The notes under the pieces: model-generated | The model's database searches: none | What the model was told of the DNA's origin: nothing | What the model saw: the letters and a program-made list of their open reading frames with translations, nothing else | Made by a program: the position numbers and the translations under genes | From: Chlorokybus atmophyticus | Lineage: Eukaryota > Plantae > Mesostigma and Chlorokybus algae | NCBI GenBank assembly: GCA_009103225.1 | Contig: RHPI01003369.1 | Location: forward strand, 1,161,490 to 1,225,489 | Direction: 5' to 3' | DNA length: 64,000 nt | Part shown: piece by piece, positions 23,495 through 35,424 of the stretch | Numbering within the stretch: position 1 is the stretch's first letter | Layout: every line of letters begins with the position of its first letter

Positions 23495-24563
23495 GGGAGG
23501 GAGGAAGCGGTAACAGTTAAAAACTAGCTCTCAGCACGTGACGACTTGGTGTCAACAAGTAGCGCAGCGCAGTTGAAGATAGTAGTTCAAGATTCTCTGC
23601 TCTGTAGGCTGCTTACTGCCTCCATTGTGGGAAGTGGACGCTACCTGGCCTCACATGCATGCGCGCCCACGCTCTCCGCCCCATCGGCGCGACAAGGAGG
23701 AGGCCTCAGGTGGGTGCGGGCTGGCCGCTTTCGGATCGCAGCCGCGCACGCGTGGCAGCTCACGTGGCTGGGCGGGAGCAGATCCCATGCATGTGTGGGG
23801 GCCACAACGTGTTCATGTTCATATTTGTTCCATTTCCGTGCACCATGAGTCACCATGATGAGTTGTTCTGCGGAAAATCAGCACGAAAAAGGACGACTGA
23901 CATAGGCTTGCAAGAAATTTGGGTAAAGCAGGTTGTACATGCTTCAAGAAGCATTTCAAAATAATGTATTGTGTAACTCGTCGTGTGGTACATTGTTTTA
24001 GATTCTTATGCCGCTGTACTAACGTTGAGACCTACAGCGATATGATTTCGACAAATCATTAACAATACAACACACAAGCTAGTTGTGTACTACTTGTGTA
24101 TACAAGCATTTGTGAGTGATTATGTTATGTATGCAACATCATTGCATGTGTGCACACACACGCTCGCGTGCTGTATTCGCGAGTCGGGTTGTAACCCGAC
24201 TCATTACAAGTTGCTCTTTATGTGCATTGACGCTTATGTAGAAGACTAATAAAGTAGAGGTTGAGTATACGTCACCCATTGAGCATGCAACATACATACA
24301 CCGAACATTAATATCGTCATACGCATGTTAATAAATTGCAATGACCAAGATTATTCAATCCGATGTAATCACCGTGTTTTATGGTATGGTGGCCCTAAAA
24401 TTCATCGCAAAATCATATAGTTGGCATGCACCAGAGCAAACAACCTGACTTCTTAATGCACTTTCCTCTTTTGTGTCTTTGATTATTGTAATCGACGTTC
24501 CGCTGCATTCCTTCAATCTGCACGCAACAATTAGGCCATTTTACTTGTGTATGATCTCAACAT

Positions 24564-24609
24564 TACAACATGACCTTACGCGCGTATATGCGCGTAAGGT
24601 CATGTTGTA
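24564..24609. repeat. Perfect inverted repeat, 20-bp arms, 6-nt loop
   Basis: TACAACATGACCTTACGCGC-GTATAT-GCGCGTAAGGTCATGTTGTA. Confidence 0.95.
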
Positions 24610-24926
24610 GCTGCTCTTTCTCAAAAACAATTCGATCACATATGTTGAAACAAGCATAAAAAGTAACTTCGTAATGACACGCGTTCAAGTTTGGGTTCTT
24701 GCCAACGATGATGATGCTTAGCGCCTGATACACCCCCTTCAGCGCAATATATGAGAGGTTTTTATGTGCTAAAGGCTTGTACGATACAGTGCTATTAAGT
24801 ACATTTGATCAACATTGCATATGTTGCATCAATATGTGGCATGCATCGCGACGGAGGGAGCTGTGCGGCGTTGTTAATTAGTTTAGATGCTAAAGAAAGA
24901 TGGTAGCACTGCAATAAAACCATAAT

Positions 24927-24994
24927 TAGCAGTAGCCTTTCTGTAAGACAGCACATTTTGTTGACGGTTGCATGCGTTGCAAGTGCAAGCATGT
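24927..24994 (+). repeat. 68-bp dispersed repeat identical to 30895-30962
   Basis: TAGCAGTAGCCTTTCTGTAAG...GCAAGCATGT at both sites. The second copy runs into an N gap. Confidence 0.9.
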
Positions 24995-27723
24995 CACCAA
25001 TTGGCAATCACGATTTCCATGCCAAGTCAGTCGCAAGTGTTTGTGCAATGACCAACATAACATGTGAGACTTTCGGCATGCAGAAAGCGGCCATTCTCTT
25101 GCGATTGTTTTACCAACGGCGGAATTGTTCTTGAAATCTTGCAGCTATTGATACAGATGGCGATTGATCAAGCAACGCCAAGTAATTTGAACTCTTTTGC
25201 GCACATGCGAGAGACGGATGATAGCAGGTCTCAATTACGGCGTGAGATGAAGTTTCGTCTTCAATCGTGAATCATTAAATCGCAATATTGCTTGTGATGG
25301 CAGTATCAGTAGCTTCCATCGATCCATCCACCCCGATACAAACATGCACACGCAATTGAATGTATCTTACTATCATATATAACTTTAGTGAACGTGCTCA
25401 TTGTTAACACCACAATTAAAAGGCGAAGTTGCCTTATTAAGGTGCCGCCTGTCGTGGTAGCTGGAGTTTCATTGCCAAGAAACAAGTTGCTCGGCAGCCT
25501 TACTCTCCTATGTACTATTCGACAACTTCACATACCTCCCACCTGCAATAATAGCCACAAACAATTAGAACTGCAAGTCCGCTAGTGACTATGACGATGG
25601 GGAGTGTTTTAGCCATGAATAAAAAGAAGTCACTATAAAAGTTGCTGTTAACAACATATAAATCGCCTAGTGGCACACAAGATGTGCATCTCACATGAAG
25701 ACTAAAAGCTTGTTTGCAGACATTTGAGATTCTTGATAAAAGGCAAAAGTGAAGATTGGGTTGAAAAATGGTGAGGTGAAAAGCTGAATAACAATATGCA
25801 AACCACAGCTCCAATGTTTAATGATACCTCTACCTGGCTTAATTGGTCGCTCCGCGTGTTTTCCCTTGTTTCCCCACTAACAACAGACTGAAAAAATTGC
25901 TGCAGTGAAAGTTACTTGTCAAGTAGGTCTTCATGTAAAAACAAATGTAAAAAGTGAATGCGTCGCAAGGTTATAGCCGCATTCACGCATTCACTTTTCT
26001 CATTCACAAGAAAGTCTGCTATTCAACATCTATGAAGGAAGGTTTAACTTGCTTGTTAACGCTTTCAAGCTGCGCCAATATGAAGGACATATAAGCAAAT
26101 TGTGTTAATTTCACATTTAATGAATTGCAATTTGTTTCGTTTACATACTTGCATGCACATATGTCAAGTGGAACTCGGATCCATCTCAAACTTTGCGTAC
26201 GATTTGTCAAATTCATTGAGATGTATGCAGAGTTTAAAAGGTTGACCTAGTGATGAATGAATTTGTTCACTTGGATGAGATCGAACACGGGGCAATGATG
26301 GCTACGTACTGTTGCGCATGTTGTTTTTGCATTTCGACAGTTGAATACCATTATGCTATTTGAAGCAATTTTACGGACTAATTTACATGAGAATAAAAAT
26401 AATTCGCGTTTTCAAAGGGAAACATGGTATATTCAGACGGCAATTGCAATTGGTCATGTGTAAAAGGAAGTGTTTTTTACAACTGGTAAGCTGAAAAGCC
26501 AACGAAACAAATCTTAGAGGCATACCAACAAAGTATCACTTGTGTTTGCATACTTAGAGGGAAACATAAAGTTTCAGATGCAATCGTTGCAAGGCCACAT
26601 GCTCACCATCTTTACTTCAACTGTTGAGCGACTAGCGCAACAGGTTTGCACGATGCATTAAGTATCATTTATTTTCCTGGCCGAATTAAAGGAGGTGTTT
26701 ATGACAATTTGAAGGGTTGAATTGAAAAGCATTGCAGACACACATCGGAGGCATAGCAAGCACTTGCTATGCCATATTGCTCTTTGTATGCTGCCTGTAG
26801 CGCAAGTTATCAATCAATGGGATATCTTTCACATGCAATGCAGGTTTATCATGCCCCGAAGTACGTGAGCACGCTTTTTACTTACTCCAAGGCGTACCAA
26901 GTACCTTTTTTCCAAAAATGACCGAGAATACAAATGATACTTTGCGCGTTGTTCAAACTGTTGCGCACTAGTCGCGCAACTGTTGAAATCGTGATAGCGA
27001 GCATGTGGCCTTGCACGGTCGCATCTTATAATCGTGTTAGTCTTCAAGTGCGCAACTAACCCATCATTGTTGATTGTATAATATGTTTTAATGGTACTTA
27101 GCTAGGCTTGCTGCGCCTCGAATAATTTAGCATGGACGCATCATCATCAGCATTGGACTATAAAGCTATCATCTTTTGTCAATTTTAATCACGAACATTG
27201 GATTAAAGCGGTTGACCTATAGCAATGCATCAAAGAGCATTGCTCGTTGATGCACTGCAAGATCCAATAGACGGCAGAAGGGTCGTATTATGATGACTTT
27301 TGTCGGCCTCAACCACAAGCGTTTCTCCAGCCCTGATTGACATAGATGTGTCGTGGTCCATGATTCATGGACCATGACACGAAAGTCACAGTTACCGTGA
27401 CGCATGCATGTTACGGAAGTCGTTCTGACTCGCGTCAGTGACGCTGCGTGATGAACAACTGGGTCAGTCGCTATATCCAAAACTGACTGACGGAAGGGCA
27501 GAAAACGGAAGACGCACGGGGGAGCAGAGAGATGAGATTGTCCGTCCGGACCAATGAGAGCTTAGCAGTGCGGGCGCGCCCCACCAACCACGTCTCGCCC
27601 TCGCTCATAAGCCCATACGCCTGCGCATTCAGGTTGGCTTTCGGGTGTTCGGTGTAGGCGGCGTCTGTGCGACTAAGGAGTCTCCTAGGGTTGGTTTGGG
27701 GCAGCATTGCACAGCCAGCAAGC

Positions 27724-28910
27724 ATGGCGGCGACCACCATGGCGCGCGTGGCTGTCCCGGTGTCCACCCCGGTGGCCCGATCGTCCTTCCTCGGGGCGTC
27801 GGCGCCCTCAGCCGCCCCCAAGGCGGCCGCCCCGGCCCGCCTTGCATCCTTCACCGTCCGCGCCGCCGCCAAGGAGACGTGGCTCCCGGGAGCTCCCACC
27901 CCCTCCTACCTGGACGGGTAGGTCGCATTCAGCTTGCCAGTCGTGGCATGCAACGAACTGTAATGCAGCAGTACACTACTGTGCCTGGCCCACAGTCGAT
28001 GGTCTACGCTAGCTGGATCAGTTTGAAACTGACCTGTGCTTTGTCCAATGCTGGCATGCGTCGCAGTTCAGCTTCTTGGTTGCATCGTTTTTTATACTAT
28101 GAAGCTCATTGCGTGTGCCTGTTGACAGTTTGCCCGCTAGCTACGGTTTCGACCCCTTGGGTCTGGCCAAGGATCCCAAGGCGTTGAACTGGTACACTCA
28201 GTCTGAGCTGGTGCACTGCCGTTTTGCCATGCTCGGAGTCGCTGGCATTATCATCCCCGACTTCCTCACCAGCATTGGCATCCTGGACGTGCCCGCTTGG
28301 TACGACGCTGGCAAGGCCACCTACTTCGCCCCCGCTGCTGCCCTTACATGGGTTGAGCTGCTGCTCTTCAGCTGGGCCGAGCATCGCCGCGGACAGGTAC
28401 AGTTCCTTGAGTGAACTTCTTGGTATCTGAGTAGTGGGTGGAAGCCAACTGTGTGTTGTGGATGGCCGTAACCCATTTAAATAAGTCTTCACTATTGCTG
28501 GTCCTATCACGCACTGTGCTCAAGCAATGTCTGTCTGGGGTGCAGGACATCGTCAAGCCCGGCAGCGTGAACGACGACCCCATCTTCGACTACGCCCTGC
28601 CCAAGGGTGAGCTGGGCTACCCTGGTGGCATCTTTGACCCTCTGGGCTACTCCAAGGGTTCCAACATGCAGGAGCTCAAGGTCAAGGAGATCAAGAACGG
28701 TAAGCAACTTGTGCAAGTTTCTGGCGAGGATGTTGGTGCTGTGGTGACGGCTAATGTTTTTGTCCCTTTATAGGCCGCCTTGCCATGGTTGCCTTCCTTG
28801 GTTTCTGGGTCCAGTCCCTTGTCACCCACGCCCGCCCCATTGACAACCTGTGGGCTCACCTTGCCGACCCATGGCACAACAACCTTATCACCAACATCTT
28901 TGGCCAGTAG
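27724..28910 (+). CDS. LHCA: Light-harvesting chlorophyll a/b protein of PSI (Lhca2/4-related clade; algal Lhca4/5/6-like), 4 exons
   Basis: Transit peptide, [13 protein letters not shown]|[56 protein letters not shown]|[13 protein letters not shown]. Confidence 0.95.
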
Positions 28911-30962
28911 ATGCACCCTCCGCCCTGTTGTGGACTCGCGTAGTATACCAAACCATGCGACACATACCATGCTGACAGTTTTCTAGCCAATAATAGTGGC
29001 TTGTAACTTGAAATATCATCCATTGTGTATAGCACCAGCTTGCTTTCATGCCAAGCAGCTGCCCATATAGATGCTGATGCCTGTATACTTTGTGCTGCAT
29101 GCATCCCGTTGAAAGACTGTGCGAGAGTGTACATTGCCTGCGTGGAGGCCAGTTGTGTCAGTTGAGTTTTTTGTCTGCGAGAACATGTATATATTGCTGA
29201 GTAGATTGCAAGTACGGGAGAGTTGGTTTGTCTTGAATAACTAGTTCTGTCTTTGTTCTTGGGTTGCTCGCACAATAAAGAACTCCATTTATTCACTTGT
29301 TATTGACTATACCGAGTCCTTTGAAATTTTGTTTGTGAATTAGTCATTTAACATAGCAAGCATTTGCCTGTGCGCTGCCACCATGCATACCTCATACAGC
29401 CATACACTTCACATCATATGCACGGGCGTTAGGCGCTAAGCGCTAGCCTCGTGTGTGCAACTATGGTATCTGCCTCCGGCGTTGGAGGCCAGGCGTTTCC
29501 ATGTGTAGGCGGGATTACCGCCACTTGCCTCACTCGTGCTCGCCATGGCCTGTGCACGTTGCAGCGAGCAGGCCACACGCCAAGCGAGACGTATGAAACC
29601 ATCAGTCGTCGCTGCTCTGAGATTGTGACATCTGAGAGATGCACTAGCATACACATGGATATGGTCTGGAATATAAATTCTCACCACAAGTTTGAGCGCA
29701 ACACGGGCTAATCGTATACTGGGTTTGCAGCTGCTGTACCGTTTACCTGAAATAAAGCGCCCACCGTTTTACAAAAGCAGGAGGCTTGCATGCAAGGGGG
29801 GGNGTATATTACATTGGAGGGGCCAGGATTGAGCGCGTATTACGTTGTCATCTGTGCAAGACGCACATCAACTGTAACTGGCAGCTGACGCGTATCTTAT
29901 ACATACAACATCTCCAAACAGGCCAAGCTTGTTGTTGTTGTTGTTTCACAGTGCATAAGGATTGTGCGCTTTTGTACACATCATTCGCATTTTATGATAG
30001 AAATGACAAATTTGCTGGTAAGCATGCTGAGGGATATGCTAAGCATGCACTTGTAGCCAAGCTGCGCAGGTACATGCATCGGCGGCAGAACATTGTGTAC
30101 GATGGGTCACACAAGTACTTGTTGCAGCTGAAGCACAAGCGCTTAACTACACAAGCAGACATGTAAGTGGAGGTAAGGTGCGGGGAGCAGTAATTATCGC
30201 ACGCATGTATGTCATAGTCGTGCATGACTGCTGTTCTGTGTTTGCATCCTATGTTGGTCTTATGGTCATGGCTCTATGTTGCTGATATTGCTAAGCATAC
30301 GTTGAGTCTATGACACTGCTGAATACTGGAATGCTGCACAAGAATTCACTAAGTGTGCTCACACTAGCATTAGCGTGCACCCTAATGGTTCGGACCTAAC
30401 GCGCGTAAGAGAACAGGTGGTAAGACCGAAGTGAGGAGGCGGCGCCATAACCAAGGGAGAGGCGAAGCAGTTGGACGGGGGCCAAGTCTAAGCGTCGATC
30501 TTGTCGTTGTCGTGCATGCCGCTGCTACCAAAGAACGGACCTGATCCCGCTCTCTCCATGCCCTTTGCAGGTTGGACTTGTACACGCTGTTGGTTGCCTC
30601 TACCCTCTCCCACCCCTACTCCTGCCTGAAGCCGTTTTAATCGTTGTAGCAGTCATGGTTGGTGATAGCTGGGTTAACTCTGCCTTGGCCTCCATGCAAA
30701 TTAAGTGCGCTACTGTTTGCTTGCTATTTGTACATCGCTTGCTTCATGCACGTGGCCCCGAAGGAAAGCTAGAGTTTGCTATGAACGCAACTCTATTATT
30801 GGTTGTAAAGTAGCGTAGCTCGCGCGCGTCAGGCGTAATACAGTAGGGAAAATGGCCCCAATTGAGTCATATGGGCTTGTAAACGGTCGGGGGGTAGCAG
30901 TAGCCTTTCTGTAAGACAGCACATTTTGTTGACGGTTGCATGCGTTGCAAGTGCAAGCATGT

Positions 30963-31151
30963 NNNNNNNNNNNNNNNNNNNNNNNNNNNNNNNNNNNNNN
31001 NNNNNNNNNNNNNNNNNNNNNNNNNNNNNNNNNNNNNNNNNNNNNNNNNNNNNNNNNNNNNNNNNNNNNNNNNNNNNNNNNNNNNNNNNNNNNNNNNNNN
31101 NNNNNNNNNNNNNNNNNNNNNNNNNNNNNNNNNNNNNNNNNNNNNNNNNNN
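30963..31151. other. Assembly gap (N run)
   Basis: 189 N. Confidence 0.99.
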
Positions 31152-31819
31152 CCCTCCTTGCCGCGCGCCTCTCGGCGCGCGCGCCATGTTTTTGTTTTTA
31201 CTATTTAAAGGCATGTATGTTGGAGCGATTGTGTAGCCAATGGTGGCGTCTGAAGTGTGTGTGCAAGCTGGTGTACATAATCCTGAACGATCATGCAATG
31301 CAACAAATGCTTTACACACCTTCAACATTTCTAGCACAAGTATGTAGCACTCATGCAGGTGCACACGCATACCTTAAGTAGGCAGACGCCACTACTATGC
31401 ATGATTACTTACCACGCAGTACGTGAAGGGAGAAATGCCAACTCCCCCTTTAATCCTCTACCGCAACGCCCACGCCGATGACCCTACCCATGCCGCCGCC
31501 GTGACTGTCGTGTCAAGAACCCCTGTTCCCCCACTCACTATCAGCCATAGCTTTGACCAGTTTAATTGATATCAACCAACTAGGGTAGGAATTGCGGATA
31601 TCACCCGTTGGGACTCATAGCTTAAATAAGATTCATATAAGGCCGAGCATGGAGCGAGGAACCCATGGAGCTTGGCATATATAATTGCATAATTAAGGTT
31701 ATATAAAATAATGTTAAGGTAAAAGCCTTAAATAAGAGAAACGCCCTTGACATTGCCCCCCCTCAATGAAGGCGGCTCCCGACGCCGTTAGTTGATTACT
31801 CTAATAGCCGGATCCGATT

Positions 31820-34800
31820 TCAATGAGGGACGAGGGTTGCACACAGAAGACATGCTGCCTTACGTCCTGTTAGTAGTGCGGTGGGCACACACGTTAACAA
31901 GAGTTGTAATCCCGAAGAACATGCTGGCAGTTTGTTAAGTTCCCTTTCGGGCTCCCACGTGTTGTGCACAACACCATACCCTTCCCACTTGACCAGATAA
32001 GATGTGCGTCCACGCTTATCCTTGCTATAATCAAGTATATTCTCTACCTCATATTCCGGGCCCGCACTGTCATCCAAGACAACAGCAGGAGGTGGTGGTT
32101 GAGTTCGTCCATCAGCACGATAGGTTGCAAGGAGGCTCACAGGAAATACATCATGTATCTTTCCCATCGATGCTGGCAACTCCAACTGGTATGCAAATTT
32201 GCCAACTCGCTTGTGTACTGCGAACGCTCCTGTAAAGCGTGGCATGAGTGTGCGGGTACCCTTTGCTCTGAGTGACAAGTTCTTGGTGTATAGCAACACC
32301 ATGTCACCAACTTCAAACTCAACAATACGCCGATGCTTATCAGCATACGCTTTGTATCGATCTTGCGCCGCATGCACTCACGTGCTTGTTGCGTGATGGC
32401 AATTCAAGTGCAAGATCGCGTGTAGCTGGCATCTTATAACTAGGTGACAACTTCAGATCAGCCACCCCCAATGGGTGTTTGCCATAATTCGCAAAGAAGG
32501 GCGTGTCGTTGATGCTCGCTTGCCAAGCATTACTGGTTGCAAATTCTGCTATTGGTAAGCAGACGTCTCAATCGGTTTGATTAGGTGCAACATAATGTAG
32601 CAAAGTCTCTTTCACAATGTGGTTGGCACGTTCAGTTTGCCCATCCGTCTGAGGTTGAAACGCAATGCTCATGTGGTGGTCAACGTGCAAGAAGTCACAC
32701 ACTGATTCCCAAATTGAGACGTAAATCTCGGATCTCTATCCGATACCATGTTGCGTGGCAAATCATACAAATGGAACACCGAGGAGAGGAACATCATAGC
32801 TTTCCCGAGCACCCTTGTCCGTACGGCAAGGAGCTAGGTGAACCATCTTAGTCATACGATCCACAAACATTACAATTGCTGTATGACCTGAAGTAGTCTC
32901 AGGCAGTGCAGTGATGAGGTCTATACAGACACTCTTCCAACTGAGCGATGGGATAGGCAATGGCTGTAAGAGGCTAGACATTCTATGCCATCTTTGCTTG
33001 TTGCGCTGACACGCATCGCATGTTGCAACATACCGATCGACATCCACTGTCAACCTGGACCAATAAAAGTGTCGTTGAGTTGCAGCAGTAGTCTTGGACC
33101 GCCAAAAATGAGCAGCATGCGGGGGGGTCATGCACAGTAGTGATACATTCAGTGCGCAAGCCATCATAATCAGGTATGACAAGAGCATTGCCTTTATACC
33201 ATAGTCCATCCCGCAATTCAAAGCCCGTCACGTGTTCCGTGTTGTTTAAACTAAGAGTCACACTTGTACCCCGCCTTGACACGTGACAAGAATGATATGT
33301 CTGGTGTAACAGCGACAACGGCACGTACGCCTTCGAGATAGCAATGCCACGTTTTCAATGCATGCACCACCCCCAATAGTTCTTGCTCAGTAGTGGTATA
33401 GTTGACCTCAGCCGGAATGAACTCGAGACTCATACGCACACACACGATCGTCTTGCATAAGCACCGCCCCACACCCCAACTTGGAAGCATCACTTATCAC
33501 AGTGAATTGTTTCTTCCAATCCGGCATTGCCAGTACAGGTGTTGATGTTAGTGCACGCTTGATCAGACGCATGGATTCGTCATATTTTGCATCCCATGTA
33601 AAGCACTGTCCTTTCCGCAACAATGTTGTCAACGGCAAAGTTAATGAACTGTAATCGAGTATAAAATGTCGAAAGTAGTTAGCCAGGCCCAAAAATAACA
33701 TCAGCTCATGCTGATTGCAAGGCGTAGGCCAATCTTCCACGACCTTCATTTTGGTAGGATCGGGCTTGATGCTATCAGCACAAACAATGTGCCCTCAGTA
33801 TGGCAACTCTTGCTTACCAAAATTGCATTTGCTGAGGTTGGCAAACATTTTATGCTTTTGCAACCGCTCAAAAAAGATTGCCACATGTTGTTGATGTTCA
33901 TCCAAGTCAGTATTATGAACAATGATGTTATCAAGGTAGACCTTTGCAAACTTGCTAAGCAAGTGGCCAAACACAGCATTCATCTCGGCTTGAAAGACCG
34001 CGGGTGCGTTGGTAAAACCAAACGGCAACACCTTGTACTCATAATGGCCAATCGGCGCTTTAAAAGCAGTCTTATATACATCATCAGGATGCAACCGGAT
34101 CTGATGATAACCACTGGTCAAGTCGAGTTATGAAAAGTACTTAATCCTCGATAATAAGTGTACATGTTATCAATGCATGGTAAAGGGTACCTATTTTTGA
34201 ACGTGATCTTGTTCGATGCACGATAATCCACACACATGCGTAGCTTCCCGTTTTTCTGTCTCACAAAGAAAATGGGAGAGCCGTATGGGGATTTACTCGG
34301 CTGAATCAAACCTTTGGCCAATAACTCATTGATCTGCTTTTCCATTTCCACCCTCTTTACATGACTTAGCCTATAGGTAGGTCGTGAAGGCGGGGCAGAT
34401 CCTGGTTCAATAGGAATGGTATGACCAATACCTCTATCCGGTGGTAGTTTCGGCAAAGCGTCAGCAAAGACATCGCTGAATGTATTCACCACTTGTTGCA
34501 TTTCAGGAATGCAACCATTTATGGCAGCGCTGTTGGCATCGGAAGCACGTACATGAGCTAAAAAGGCCATTAATTTGTGCTTGCGATACAAATATTTGGT
34601 GCTTGTAGAGCATGTAAAAGCCCTGCAGGCTGAGGCAAAGTTCGTCGCAATTGCATGGTGAGCGTAACTTTGCTTACCAAGCGTAGCTAAGCTTATTTTT
34701 GCATACAGAATATGTTTTCGCATATGTGTCTAGAGTCAGACGCACAGCTTGTTGCCAATCAAGCCCCAGTATGACATCAGTATTGTCAATCCCAAGATCT

Positions 34801-35424
34801 GTGACTAACAGCTTAAACACGCCCGAGTAGCACCAACGTGCATGCGTGCATTGACCACGCCATATAGAGGCAAATCGTTACGCCCTGCGGCATGCAACAG
34901 CATGTTTGCTGGTGACGTAGCCAACGACAAGCGTTTCACTAAAGAATCATCAATGAAGCTATGCGTAGCAGCGGTGTCCAACACAAATGAAGCATGATAA
35001 CCCGCTAAAGAACCCTAAAAGGTCCATAGTAAGGGAATAAGTTGACCATCACATGCGGCCACAAGCGCATGGTCATTATGCGGCGGAAGCACCACCAACT
35101 TCATGGAAGTAGGCATGTCGGTTGTCCGCTTGAACTTAGCCACAAGGTGTCCATGTGATGTCCAATCGGACCATGAGCCATGGTAGCATGGCATGAGGAC
35201 ATACCTTGTGATAGCAGGATGCTGTTTTCGAAACATAGCAAACTCTGGTAAATTAATTACTAAGTCAGCTGGTTTGCACAAAAGTAACACACGCGCATTA
35301 TGCACTGCTTCATCACGCCGCCATACAGGCAACGTATCATAATCAAACCAAGCATGTGTAACACCATGTGTACGTTAAAAAACATGTATAATGTCCAAAC
35401 CAATGTCTCTTGGCATAGTGGCCA
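31820..35424 (-). pseudogene. Degenerate pol of the old chromovirus: extra domain, protease, RT, RNase H, integrase, chromodomain
   Basis: Fragments across stops and frameshifts: GYHQIRL...YKVLPFGFTNAP...YLDNII (RT), SDASKLGCGAVL (RNase H), WKSVCIDLIT (integrase), EYEVENIL...YLVKWEGYGVVHNTWEPE (chromodomain). Confidence 0.92.

Noticed and set aside
23860-27480. Short ORFs in the AT-rich spacers (also 3.3-4.9 kb and 48.9-50.4 kb)
   Set aside because: No recognisable motifs, no coherent exon chain, and composition unlike the real exons.
30444-30453. GGTTATGGGC on the minus strand, resembling a Copia half-tRNA PBS
   Set aside because: No LTR-like CA end beside it and no gag ORF downstream; a 10-mer alone is insufficient.
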